A stretch of 64,000 nucleotides of DNA from contig JALMLS010000361.1 in assembly GCA_038496445.1 (NCBI GenBank), forward strand, positions 124,001 to 188,000, in the 5' to 3' direction. This document shows positions 40,999 through 57,567 of the stretch, piece by piece. Origin of the DNA: Trichosphaerium sp. ATCC 40318 (Eukaryota > Protista > Tubulinea). The number at the start of each line of letters is the position of its first letter. Position 1 is the stretch's first letter. A program made the translations under genes and the position numbers. A model generated the notes under the pieces. It did not search any database. It had not been told where the DNA came from and worked only from the letters and a program-made list of their open reading frames with translations.

Positions 40999-42398
40999 CT
41001 AGAAATCTACAGTAGTGCTGAACTTTGGCTGTTCGTATGTTCTCGTTGATGCCATTACGCCACATTTTTGATAATTACCTTCCCTGGATTCAAATTGGTT
41101 TGTACGTATCTAGAGAATATAAACAAACAAGCAACATACATCATAGCAACAAGAAAGAAAAAAGAAACTATTGAATACAAAGTTATACGTACTTGCATAG
41201 ATATTAAGTTCATGAATGGGAACGGATTAGGTTTCTTGTACTTCTTTTCATAACCAAGAGATACAAGCAATTGGTCAGCAACGAACTCGATGTATTGACT
41301 CATTAAGTCAGCATTCATTCCTACAAGGTTAAGTAAGAAGTGATGCTTTGCAACAAAAAAAAAAAGGTGTACCAATAAGTTTAACAGACAGCGCTTGACA
41401 AACGAATTCTTTTTCACAAACCACAGCATCGCAAATAATCTATATAAAACACGTGTTATTCACGTGACAACAATTTTTTTTGAAAATTAAGCAATATACC
41501 TCGTAGATTCTTTCTTGACTGAGTTTGTTGTTCAAGTGCTTGTACAAAAGACAAGCAAAGTCACAGTGCAAACCTTCATCACGAGATATCAATATATTTG
41601 AGAAACAAAGGCCAGGCATCAAACCACGTTTTTTAAGCCAAAATATAGCACAAAACGAACCACTGAAGAAGATACCTTCAACAGCTGCAAAGGCTACAAG
41701 TCTTTCTGCAAACGACGAACTATCCTACAGCAACAGTGAGTAAATCTTGTCAACAAGGTCCGTCTAGTAATCGTACAGATATCCACCTCATAGCCCATTG
41801 TGCCTTTTTCTTTATGCAAGGAATACCTTCAACAGCATTGAATAGTCTATCGCGCTCAGCGACATCTCTAATGTAGGTATCTATCAAAAGAGAGTATGTT
41901 TCAGCGTGAATGTTCTCCATAGCGATCTGGAAGCCGTAGAAACAGCGTACTAGAAGAATTTGTTAGACCAACAGCAAAAACTAAAAAAAAAGATGGCTAA
42001 CGCGTTACAGCTAAAAAATATCAAAATCAAGTACCTTCCGGTGATTGCACTTCCTTCATAAATCGCACAGCGAGGTTTTCGAGAACAATACCATCACTAG
42101 CAGCAAAAAAGGCAAGGACATGAGAAATAAAGAATTTCTCGTCTTTGTTTAGTTTATAGTTCCAGTCGTTTAAATCTGCGTGTAAGTCGATTTCCTCCGC
42201 GGTCCAAAAACTGGCGAGCGCCTTTTTGTACATTTGCCATATTTCTATCGCAAAGCGTTATTTTGGGTACTGATAAAGCGATTGGATGTAGTTTACGGCT
42301 TTTTGCGTACCTTTAGATTTGATAGGAAACAATACGAATCTACTTGGATTCTCTATTAGTAGTGGCTCTGAGGAAGTATTTAATAGTGCTTTGGACAT
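40999..42398 (-). CDS. RRM2: Ribonucleoside-diphosphate reductase small subunit
   Basis: [60 protein letters not shown] and [12 protein letters not shown]. Confidence 0.97.
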
Positions 42399-42746
42399 GT
42401 TTTAGAAGTATTGCGATATTCGTAACGTTTTTGTAATTTGAATAGAATTTGCCTGTCAAAACACTCCAATAAAATTGATAAAATCTAACCGTTGAGGTTA
42501 GAGGAACACCGCGCTATCTGTTCATCCAAACAACCTCCTAGTAAGGTTTCGAGGTTAAACAATTTCCTGTACGAACAGCCTTTCAGAGCAATGCTGTTCA
42601 TATTTGTGCTTGCATTGTTGATGTCTTTTTTGTTAGAACGTTATTGAAACGTTAACACTATCTGGAATTATTTACAGTGAAATAATTTTTTTACAAGACA
42701 TTTATTTCTATATTACAAGTGTACAAAGATCTTCTATTCGATCATT

Positions 42747-43880
42747 TTAATGAGTAGGTGCATACTGGCGTAGAGCATCTACTTGAAGAACTTTTCGCTC
42801 CGGAAGTACCATGGCTGTAAGTTTACCTCCATAGCAACAACTGGTATCCAAACCAGTAGCATGGTCTAACAATTGAAGACCACGTAGGCTATCATGACCA
42901 AAATACAAATGCTCCGGTCCTTTCCAAGTTTTTGCCCAAGCATCACCGATGTCTCCTTTATCCGATGGAACGTACTTTGTTACGCCATCTTCCTCGTACG
43001 TAGCCATATTTCTTATACGATACATCAAACCATAGTGTTGATCCTTAAGTGGTACGCCTTGTACTAATCCAGCGTGTACGATGATGCTATTGTACTGTTT
43101 TATCGATATTGTGTAAGGCAGGGTTCTTAGATATTCTTCTTCTTCGGCAGTGAGTTCTACAGTCCAACGTGTAGCCTCATTCATCTCAGATATGCCTATT
43201 GTAGGCTTGCCGTCTCCAGATTCAGCTTTGCTCTCTTCTACCTTTTGACGCCATGTATCAAGTTGCTAGACGACTTTGTGTTAGTCCATTTGTTGTCTTT
43301 TGTTTAAACTCTTACCATGAGTGCGTAATCTTCGTGGTTTCCTCTTACGCTGTAAACGTGAGGACTGTTCATTGCTAGGCGAACAACTTCGAGGGATTTC
43401 GGACCTTTGTTAACAAGATCACCAACTATGACAACTAAATCCTTCGCAGGATTTACTGGTTTTAAAAGCGCCACAAGCTCATCAAAGCATCCGTGTACAT
43501 CACCGACGATGTATATTTTACCATCGCAGTGTGGTAGCTCAACATGTAGGTCGCCTTTTGGCTGAATGTAAGGTCCGCGGTTAAAACAATTCCTGGCTGT
43601 GGAAGGGATGCCCTGGGTCTCTCCTGCGTTGGTACGCGTGTTTGATGGTACTAAAAGGATGTGTTACAAATAGGAGTACAAAATGTATTACGGTCTTTTT
43701 TTCTGCTCTAGCGCCTTTCCACCGCAAGGAAAAGCGTTTGGTAGTACGTACGTTGAGTTTTGTTATACTTTTCAGTAGTATCGCTTTGCGGTTCTTGTAC
43801 TATCACTCCTGCCTGATTTAGAGGTTAGTAAGTCGATATCGAAACTCTACTGTACGTACTCTCGCTAAAAATGCTCCCAT
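42747..43880 (-). CDS. ApaH-like metallophosphoesterase (ALPH/Ppn2/PrpE type)
   Basis: GDVHGC, GDLVNKGP, RGNHE, VHAG, FGHD and LDTSCCYGGKLTA; N-terminus MGAFLA. Confidence 0.9.
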
Positions 43881-44224
43881 TGTACTATTTGTTATTATGG
43901 TTCTATGTAAGCCTCTTGGTCTACAGTGAAAATGTAAAGTTCCGAATTAGCGTATGAAAGTCTTGACAGAACTTTTTGAGGGATTCTTTGGATTGCACGA
44001 AAACTAATTCAGACATTGTGCGCTAATTTGGATCTCTGAAATAGCGAAGAGGCCATGTAAAACTCATAACTTTTCTTGTTTAAATATTAATGCCAAGGCG
44101 TCAGGGTTATAGTGACGGTAACGTACGTAAACTGCTGACTCATCTGTCACAAGCACTTAAGTTACCTATTTTAGCCAGGGGTAGACAGTTTCTCCCTGGA
44201 AGCCTTCGTGTTACGTTTATTGTT

Positions 44225-46461
44225 ATGGAGAGACCTACTAAGCGAAAGAGAGTGTCCGAAGAACCACAACCAGTGGGACAGAAGGCTGCACCAGCTCCAT
44301 CTTGTCTGTACTGCAGGCGTAGGCACGCCAGATGCGATAAACAGTCTCCTTGCAATAATTGCGTGAAAAATGGTATCGAATGCACGTACGCTGCCCCTAA
44401 AAAGCGGGGACCGCGTAGAGGTACGATCGTATATCTTATTGCGGTGTAATTTTTACCCGCTATTCATTTAATTGCAAGGGGCACGCCAACAGCTTGAGAA
44501 GCAACTCCAAGAGTTACAAAAGGCTCTTGAAGCTCAAAAACTTGAAACAGAACTCTACAAAAAACAATACCAAAATAATCAACAACAGAATGCACTTGTA
44601 CAACGTAAAAATCCTGCACAAACCACTATAGTGTCACCACAAAAGACATCAACAGATTTGGTACGTACTTTACCCCAAATGTAGCGTTTAACGCCCCAAA
44701 ACGATTTGGCAATACAGTTAATAGCGTCATTGTTTTTGAAAGTATATAAACTCACCCTGAAGTGCAGGCAGCCGCAGCACTCGTATTCAGGTACCTCAAC
44801 AACTTTACGCAAGGTGATATGGTACCGGGCTATTCGTTTGAACTCCCAAAAATTTGCTTCGAAGACTTTTTTAACCGTAGAGGCACGTGGTAATTGCAAT
44901 TACCCAAAGAAAGCATTTTCTTTTTACAAACACGTGATTAACAGAGATACATTTAGCTACCTCAGAAAATATGTTCATTTACGCTATTCTTGCTTCTGGA
45001 GCTATGGTTGTTGGAGAGAGGGATAGGGCACAAGAGTTTTATAATATATCAAACAATTTTGTACAGAAAATGGAGCATACACCTAATTACGATGTTGCAG
45101 GTAGGCTACAAGATAACGGATTTTTATCGATTTTTTTTAAACGCAATTTGAGTGCTCACATTATTGTTTTAATAGGAGGATTACTTATGCTCTCTTACTA
45201 CCAACTTGGCGTTTTTTGTGGTAAAGAATCCACGCATAGATTCTTGACAAAAGCAGATAGCATGTGTGGATATTTGAAGGCGTTAGCACCCGGAAAATGT
45301 ACTTTTCTGAGCGGCAATGGTAGTTCACTTATTCTTGTTTGGTAGATGCTCCTAATCGTGTTACACCTATACTTGCTAAAGCTTATCAAGTGAGAGGACT
45401 AGTAGAGATGTGTCCCTTGGAAAGTTTAGATCTTGTTTGGCAGGCTAAACGCGCTGAACTTCTCCTGATGAAGAGCAATATTGTGAAGAATATGCAACTT
45501 GGCAGTTTACCTCAAAAAGATAAATCTCTCATAGTTCTAATACTTACATCACTTGTTGCCAACGAAGTTGCTGTTGGATGGCGTAGAGGTTATTTTGGTT
45601 CACAAGAAACACTTAATAGAGTATTGGTATGGTTTTAACAGATGGGAACTGTTATTGCATTTTTTATAAAATGAGTGACTAATTTTTTGTCAAAAAGGAT
45701 TGGCACAACGATTTGACGTTTCTAATGAAATCTGAAACAAATCGTAATTTAATAGTTGCGTATTATTCTCGTAGTGCCCAATTGTATTACGCACTAGGTC
45801 ATCTAGATCGCGCTCTACAGGTAGAAACAAACAAAGAAAAATTTTAACATTGTTTAAACTCACACGTGATTATTTTAGTATTGTGGCGATTGTATACAAT
45901 TTGTTGAAAACCAAATTAACACATGTGAAAAACAAACACCGTTTATGTGTATTAGCTTGTCTTGTATGCGTATAGTACGTCACTAACAAGAAAAAAAACC
46001 CAACCATTATTTTTGCGTGACTAACCTTCTTTATAGATTGCTAGTGACTTGAATGCTGTTGATTTACTGAATAGATCATGTGAATGTCTCAAGGTTTTGA
46101 ATAAGACGTGGCCTTGTGCTAATATTATCTTACAAGTGCGTTATTCTTCGAACAACTGCATTGTTAACTTAAAAATTAGAGAGGAGCTCAAGGGCAGCTT
46201 GTTGCAAGTGAATTAAGGCCAAGTGTATTAATTGCACCTAATTCAAGTCCGGATACAGTTACAAGTCCCAGCACTGATATAGAGTTTGTACAAACTAATG
46301 ATTTTGGGCTCAATTTTGTTGAAAATGAACCTTCGCTTAGTGTTCACGTGAGTGATATGTTGAGTATACCAGAGAACTCAATACCACTTCGGCAAATGTC
46401 TGAGACCTCTTGCCCATACCCGAACGGGTGTGACACACTTATGGATAGTTTCATAAACTGA
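44225..46461 (+). CDS. Zn(II)2Cys6 binuclear cluster transcription factor
   Basis: CLYCRRRHARCDKQSPCNNCVKNGIECTY..KKRGPR, followed by a coiled coil and a helical middle region. Confidence 0.92.
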
Positions 46462-47345
46462 GTAAACCAAAAAAAAAACCCAATAACCTTTGTATTATAA
46501 TATTGTACATTTGTAGAGCACCCAATAAAACAACTAAAATGCGACTGAGCCGTAATATGTGGCTAAAGTCTTCGCAATATACACTAGTGACGTGTGCCTT
46601 ACCAGCCATATTGGGTCAAAGCAACAGCAATACAGTGTGCCGCTCTCATACCACATAACCGAGGTTACGTCACAAATAGGACGGAAACAATTGATGAAGA
46701 AAAAGAAATCAAAAATTGCCGGTCTAGTTATAATCTCGGAAACATTACCATCTCGGCCTTCAGCAAAATTTATTTTGAATGGACAACAACTTGTGCCGAC
46801 CCAATCACATATCACACATTGGCGTCATCCATAGTTACGCCTACCCACTGTCAAAGAGAAAATAGGACGCTGCTTGCCCATAATCGCGAAGAATTTATCG
46901 TTCAGAACCTAAGGTGTAATGCCATTAATTTGTGATGATGGGAGATCAACTTGATTATTTATGCTTTGGCTTGCTATCCTAGCTGATATAATTTGAGTCT
47001 TGCAGGAGCGTAAAGTTGAGTAAATAAAGCTTGTAAATAAGATCGTGGCTAAGCTAGACTGTGAAGTCTTACTCCCAACAACACCTAATAAGATGAGTCA
47101 TCATATAAGAATGAAAAAGGATATCCGTGTTTCGGAAAGCACTTTACACAGAATTGAATTATAACGCTCGCACTTGATACTCTGAGTCTCCAGCCAAAGC
47201 GGCTAGTCGCGAATATTGGGCGCCCATAACCCGACAAAAAAATCAAGTTCCAACTTCAATGATTGGAAGACTAAAGGCGGTAAGTTATGGCGTTGTTGAT
47301 GGTGGTACAGTCGTTTCACAGATCTGTGATGACACATACATAGCA

Positions 47346-47723
47346 GTGTCATTTTTACTTGAAAAACTGCAGACGACACATTTTCCACAAAATATAGAAC
47401 AAAATCCACTCAAGTGGATTATTAGTATTCCCAGTTTTGGTTTAACACTATTCGAGTATGGGACAGCTAATATAGAGCACTGTTCGCTTTCGGTCGGGCC
47501 CTGCGCTGTGCTCGGGACAAGAAGCCGACCTTCGCTCACAAAATGTCATCCATTGGTGGGTATGGCAGCACAGGTTAATATGTACTAGGTACCAAAATCC
47601 ACTCGAGTGGATTTTAGTGTTTTTCTGGTGGAAAATAGTATGTTTCGTGAAAAACTGGAAAAGCGCTAAAAGGATTGCCCGCAGTTCGTCCGCAGTTTTT
47701 GAAAACAGTATTAGAAATAACAC
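47346..47723. repeat. Degenerate long inverted repeat (foldback/MITE-like) containing two copies of a palindrome
   Basis: 47359-47376 pairs with 47686-47703 (16/18). AAAATCCACTCGAGTGGATTTT (47594-47615) is a perfect palindrome with a near copy at 47401-47420. Confidence 0.7.
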
Positions 47724-47862
47724 ACGGTGTTCTAGGACATGTACGCAAGTTTCGGACAAAAAAAAAGTGCTGTGCCGGGAGTTCTCTTTCGTAAATTTAC
47801 AGTGTTAAGTAATGCCGGTTTTTTCTGTCGTAGTAAAGTAAAACGAACTAAAACCAACAAAG

Positions 47863-49655
47863 ATGGCAACATATCATCAAGTGCCTCAACAAGTGTACTA
47901 TGGCTCCGATGTGGAGTTATCTCAAGCTGATATTGATGCCATTGAAATGGAACCAGTTAGCAAGGAGAGTAAGAAGGCTCTAAAGAAAGCCAAGAAGCTT
48001 GCAAAGAAGCAGGATAAAATTGACAACAAAAAGTTAACGCCATCTTGCTGCGATAAAACAAACTGCGAAGAAAGACGTCAGCGTTGTAAACGAAGTAAGG
48101 ATACTTGTTTATTCGTTTTCTGTAAACTAACGAAGTTTTTTTTAACAGAGATGAAGAAGGTTGGTAAACACGCTGTTAACTGTTGTGCATGCTGGGGATG
48201 TTTCAGCTGCATCTCATTCCTTGTTCTAACAATAACTGTAATGAGCGCTTGGGTACGCAAAAACACCTCAAAACGCTTCTAACCAACGTATATAGTCCTA
48301 TTTCTCCCACCACGTTGATGAATGTGTACACCCAAAACATTTCGCTATGTCGTCATTCGAAATTGACCCAAAAGCTTATAAATCGCTTGAACTTTCATTA
48401 ACTATCGTACGTTATCATAATACTGGAATTGTAGTAATTTTTTGTGTACAACGCCCCAAAACCTCCCCTAACGTTTTTATGCAGGGAAGAGTAAAGGTTC
48501 ATGCTGTAGACGCTGCAAAACAATCGAATATCCGCCTCGATGTAACACGTCGCTCCAAAATCAGAGAGTCGCTTTCTAAAGTCGTTGCTTCTTTAAATTA
48601 TGAGGGTACAACTGCCTCTCTATCAATTGAGACACATTCCCTATCATTCCATGATTGCGCACATGCAGAAATCGATGTTTATGTACCAATTGGTTCAAAC
48701 ACAGAAATCAAAGCTCTAGTATCTTTAGGAGACGTACGCTTTATTTTCCAAGGAGAAAACTCCAAAAAAAATTTGCTCTTTCGAATAGCGTCTAATTTTT
48801 TGTTTTTCAGGTTGAGATCATTGAAGTCCCACAAAACACGTTAAAGACTGTTGACGCTTTTGTACACGCTGGTGCCATTATTATGGATGAAGTTCACGCC
48901 GAAAACGTTAACTTAGAGACTCGCCTTGGTCTTGTCAACACAGCTTCTGTAACTTCTCAAGAAGTCTCTGTTAAGACACAAACTGGAGCTGCTCTTCTCA
49001 AGAGTATTGTTGCTCATACCGTAAGCGTAGAAACTGATACCGGTGATGTTGAAATATCAAAAATGCAACTTCCTACTGGTGCAGGTTCTCTTACTGCCAA
49101 CTGCAACCTTGGACATCTCCGCATGCATGGATTAGTTGGTGGAAGTAAAGTCGACTTTAAAACACAATTGGGTTACTTGGAAGTTTACTTTGAAAAAGAT
49201 CATCCTGTACGTACTTTTACCTTATTACATCTTCCAAACTTTTCAATCAATTTGCTTTTCTGTTGTTTGTTCAAAATCAAGTGGAGTTTTTTGTTGCTTG
49301 TTGGTTCTTGTTTCTTATTTTTTTCTTCTTTTAGTTCGATGGTGGTTTTGAAGCCTCTTCTCCAAAAGGAAGTCTCCATATGGCTGGAAAATCTGATCCT
49401 ACTATGAATCTTCTTGCAAATGAAGAGACTCATGTTAAGGGTGTTGTCAAGGGAACTAAAGTAGCTCCTCGTATAACTACTCTTGCTTCACCTTCACGTC
49501 ATTTGACTGTAACTGCTGACAATGGACGTGTTTCAGTTGATTTGTTAGGACTTGAGAATCACGATTGTGATCATCATCATAAACATCATCACCATAACAA
49601 GCACCATCATAATAAGCATCACCATCGTCATGGTAAACACCATCATCACGAGTGA
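47863..49655 (+). CDS. Type II membrane protein with DUF4097-like beta-strand repeats and a His-rich C-terminus
   Basis: Cys-rich juxtamembrane segment plus TM; repeats xxLETRLGxV, VKTQTGxA and VETDTGDV; tail HHHKHHHHNKHHHNKHHHRHGKHHHHE. Confidence 0.8.
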
Positions 49656-49783
49656 GAATTCAAACTCTCAAATGTTTGACCTTATGTTGTAAATAAAAAA
49701 ATATCGTTATTGTTTATTTACACTCTACTGTTATGTTATTTTACTTGGCAAAAACACTCTTGCTATCCTAATTTTGTGCACTT

Positions 49784-50980
49784 TCACTCATAAACGCATG
49801 TATGCAAAATGCTTATCAAGGTCAAGGAGCAAACTGCGATGACGCTCGTACAACTTCCATTAAAGTATTGGTCTAGAACTTGGTCAAAAAAACACTTTGA
49901 GGTGTAAGTATTCATTATTACAACATTACTGTCACTGCTTGTAATAGATACCAGCTGTGCTTTCACGATTATTGACACCTTGTACGATAGCTGTGATTGA
50001 TTTAAAGTAATGCATTTCTCCAGCTTTTGGATCCTCGCCGGTGTAAAGATAAAATCCAGCAGCTTTAACAGCATTAGCCAACGCTATGGCATCTTTTAGT
50101 GTAGAAACATGAGTCACAATCTCTCCATCACCTGCGAGTGTTGTAGAAGGCAAGATGTAATAGTCTAAATAGCCACACGTAAGTTTTGATAAGGTCTTAA
50201 GTTCTTTATGTGAAACGCACTTGATTTAGTTTTGGGACATGCCTCAGCAGAATATATTGTCATTGTGTAGTCGGTCATATTTGGACCCAAATTTGTATCA
50301 TCAATGTGCATAGTAGGTGTAGCTATGTGGTTAACGTTAACGCAGAATACTAAAATCAAAAGAAACAAAATCATGTGTACCTGCGTATTTATCACATAGT
50401 ATGGTGAGGTGCGTCATTCTGGGTAGTCTCCCAAGAATCGGATCTCCGTTGGTGTATTGCATCGTCACACCTTTACCATCAGGCAACCCAGTTACCGACG
50501 ACTTGTTGAAGAATCCTAAGCAAGCCTTATACGAGTTAATTGGCACTAGAGCTTGGTTTTTGTACCTGAGCTGATGCATCCTCGTAATCTCCCCAAGCTT
50601 GACAACTTCCAGAGCGCTTATTATTTCCAACGCCCTACAACAGGGTTACGAAGAAATGTCGGTTTAAAAAACGTGTTTTTGAAAAGATTTGCGTACTGCC
50701 CCACAATTATCAATAGAATCATTACATACGGTTACTTTGTATTCGTACGAGCTTTCCTACCACATCAATAAATTATTCGTGATAAAAGTAGATATAAAAG
50801 GCGTGCATGGCAGTTGAAACAAGGGAGTTCACCCAGCCCTTTTATTACTTGACCTTGGATAAGTGATAAATCGTATTCTGTGCCATCAGGTGCTCGAATG
50901 CTCTCGCATTGTGCGTTACAGATATCGACGCAAATTAGGAGGACTACCAAGAAAGAAAATAAAATGGTGAAGAGTTGCAT
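49784..50980 (-). CDS. Secreted or membrane protein with a mannose-6-phosphate-receptor-homology (MRH)-like domain
   Basis: Signal peptide, GTEYDLS, GVTMQYTNGD..RMTHLTILCD, YTMTIYSAEACP and a hydrophobic C-terminus. Confidence 0.72.
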
Positions 50981-51347
50981 CACGGTTTTTGCTAAAATAT
51001 TTGTGTTCTTTACTAAACTTTCGTTGACCCATAGGATACATGTGCACGTCATTTTGTATCTATCCACCGAATAGCCAATAAGAGCTATTAGAATAATATA
51101 CAGGATTTGTTGCATCTCTTCTCTGAAGGTCCAATACACATACCCCAAAAAAATCGAGCCAGTCGGTGTAATGCCGTCTGACACATCCTACGAGATTATA
51201 GAAGTAACATCTGAATTTTGTCACGTTAGGGTCTTGGCTTTAGGAGATTTCAGGAAGATTCTAGAAATCTCTGCTTTTTGGAATTCTTCCATACCTTCCA
51301 AGGCGATGTTAAGTAAGCTTTAGTATACACTTGAATTATTTTTATTT

Positions 51348-54406
<3,059 letters not shown>

Positions 54407-54644
54407 TGTACGGGAGAACGGTAAAGCCAGAAACTACATAAATTTAGTCGAGATGGCCAAGGTATTACCGCAAATGCTATTATACACGTATAACTGCAAT
54501 AAGAACATACCCTTGACATTTTGTGAGTTTATAATTGTTCCGAATAATACAAGCTCCTTCAATTGAAGTCTACAAGCTGTTGACACTTCAATACGTTCAG
54601 TTATAGTAGTCAGCAGGTGTGAAAACTGGACGAAGTGTCGCTAT

Positions 54645-56015
54645 TTATTTGTTGAACGTCGCTACAAGATCAGCGTTGACTGGCGTTACGGGCTCTTTTC
54701 CTTCTAGTACTGCTAGCATGTTATCAAAACTCAATTGTTCCATACATCTAGATGCCATGTTATAATCAGTTTGGTTTTAAATCAGGTTAACGTACGTTCT
54801 TGTCTCGTATGTGGCTGTGCCAATATGTGGTGTCAAGCATACGTTTGGTATGGTTTTCAAGTCAGGATGTATCTCTGGCTCATTTTCAAATACGTCAAGC
54901 CCAGCGCCGGCCACTAAGGGTTTTTAAGCTGCTATTGACGTATGACAAGTGTTGTGTACCTTTACCGGATTTTAGAGCATCAACCAGTGCCTGCTCTTCA
55001 ATGACAGCACCACGTGCTGTGTTGATAATGTACACACCATCTTTCATATTATCAAACTCTTTCTTTGTTAAAAAATGGCGGGTGCTTGTATTCAATGGAG
55101 TGTTCATCGAAATAAAGTCTGATTTAGCTAGTAATTCATCCTTGGTTACGTATGTGGCGCCATGTTCCTCCTCTACTTCTTTACTCAACTGATTTCTATT
55201 CAACTTAAGTTAGCAAGCAACAAAGCTTGTAAAACAAGATTTTCATCGTGTCTACCTGTTGTGATACAATACTTTCATTCTCAATGGTTTAACACGCAAG
55301 GCTAAAGCCTTACCAATAGATCCTATACAATATAAGGAGAAAAAACGCTTTCTAGAATTTGTACCAAGTCCGAAAATGCCAAGCGTTTTTTCTTCGGGAT
55401 TATGACCCATAAACTTACACCAACCACCTGTGGCGTGATCAGTCGAGTGACGTTTCAATTATAAATGACATGGGGCTACCTGCACAGTTACCTTGACGCG
55501 TCCATCGCTCAGCAACGCCCATTTTGCGAGATACAATTATCTACACTCGGTTAAATTACATCTTGAGTACTACAGTACCAAATGAGCCAATGCAATGTCA
55601 GCAGTGGCCTCAGCGATTACATTTGGAGTGTTTGACACCCAGATACCTTAACTTAGTCTTAATACGCGTTTTGATACTGTACATCACGTAATACCTTTTT
55701 TTCCGGCGTAGGTAGCATCAATACAGTCATATCCAGCGCCATGGTTCGCAATAATTTTTAATTTCGGTAAACTATCAATAACCTTGGTGTTTTACGTTAG
55801 ATAACGCTTGCATACCACAAAATGAGTGTTACCTGACTTGTGATTGGCGCATGACCCATAAGAATGATCCCAAACGCCTCTTTAGCCTCTTTTATTATTG
55901 TTTCCACTGACGGTTTAGGGTCTGATGATAAAACAAAGTTATATTTCTCTCTGTGAGTGTCAGATATTTTAATCCACTTATATTCACCAATCAAGTACAC
56001 AAAAGGCTTTGACAT
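54645..56015 (-). CDS. D-isomer-specific 2-hydroxyacid dehydrogenase (glyoxylate reductase-like)
   Basis: NHGAGYDCID, VSNTPNVIAEATAD, LGIFGLGSIG, INTARGAVIEE, GLDVFENEP and PHIG. Confidence 0.93.
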
Positions 56016-56134
56016 TGTAACGAATTCGTGATTTTACCGAGTATAGCTGACTTATTGTATTCAAGTTGTAGTGACTTAGCGTTTCCATTTTCGGTTGGAA
56101 TAACATTGAAGAAACACAGAAAGATTATTGAAAA

Positions 56135-57344
56135 ATGAAGCGGGCTGCCTCTCCACCACTAATCGAACCTTCCAAGAAGATAAGAAAGCTAACAGACTAT
56201 TGTACAGACTCTCTAGAGTCATTACCTGATGATAAACTACAAGAACAGCTTAGCAAATGCCAAGCACCTCTAGGTATGTAAAAAAAGGTTTCGCTGTACT
56301 TTTCTGAATTGGCAGCAGTTGCATTTCAAAGAAATCACGTGCTAGTTAAACTGTTTACCTTATGATCATTTTTAAAAAGAATGAAAAATCACGTGACTTA
56401 TAATAAAAATAGAATCTTTGTCTGAAAAGCTTGTAGAGCAAATCGCTAGTTTACACGCAAAAGAAGTCTTAAAATCAGTATTCAATAAACAGCCTAACCT
56501 GCCAAACATCAAGCATAATGCAAAGGCCCAAGATAAAGTGCTTTTAGCTGTAAAAGCTCAAGTGGATACAATGATCTATACCAAAGAGTTCAAATCTCGT
56601 TTTGATGACTGGATCAAAGCAATGAGAGAGTTTTTAAAGAACGTTACTGAAGAGGACTCTATAGACTCAAAGGAAGAGTCGAGCTTGGATCTAGAACAAA
56701 ATTTTCCGGCACCAAATTGTGACACTGAAGAACAAATAAACCAGCTGTTGCTTTTAGCTGAAATTACAAAGTTAAGAATAGGTATGCATTAAAATGTTTA
56801 GTTCTTTATGCTTTCAATAGATACTACTTCCCTTTGTTTGTATTTCTGAAAATATTACTTTTATTGCACGCCTGTGTTGCAGTCAAATCAACTAAGTACC
56901 TCTTTTCAACGCATTTCTGAATGTGGGATTGCGTATTGCTTCTCCTTAATCCTTTGTATAGAGAAACATTCAGCAGAGCTACGTGGTGACTCTTATGAAT
57001 GTAATTGTGTCTATGCAACTGTTGGCACATGTCAGGATAAAATAGCTCTTTCTTTTGAGCGCAGATGGTTCAATAATTATACAGATAAGTGGATTAAAGA
57101 GTTTAGTTTTTCTTCCAATGGTCAATCCATTTTCAATGAGGTCAGTACTGAAAACTCAGTTGACAAAAAATGTGATTATAAAGATGTAGAGAAACTCCAA
57201 CAAGATATGTTAAAACTCATTTCACCTCAGCTTGGTAGTGATGTAGAAATGACTTTTACCTTTGATCAGTTCCTCACATTTTTACACCTTGTGTTTGACT
57301 ATGACCGTGATAAAATGTATCCTGGTTTCTTAATTGATTTCTAA
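56135..57344 (+). CDS. Hypothetical protein with a basic NLS-like N-terminus
   Basis: ATG at 56135 (MKRAASPPLIEPSKKIRKL). The exons join in frame with GT-AG introns, apparently through a 19-nt microexon at ~56821-56839. Confidence 0.65.
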
Positions 57345-57567
57345 TTACATTGACATCATGAAGTGCTACAAGTAAAGCAATTATAGCAACCTTTGTATTG
57401 ATCAAAGCTTACAGACAATAAAGATGACAGTTTTACTGAGAAGTTGTCGCCCTCTTACACATGTCTATTAATAATGGAACTGTAGTATGTTACTTGTTTC
57501 TGTATTTAGCTTTTTTTGAAATACGTGTTTAATTAGTATGTCTTATTTTGTTTATTCAGTTATTTTT

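Noticed and set aside
47138-47215. Minus-strand GTGCGAGCGTTA...GTAAAG resembling SSU rRNA (possible NUMT)
   Set aside because: Only about 12 nt match and the flanks lack conserved rRNA sequence; likely chance.
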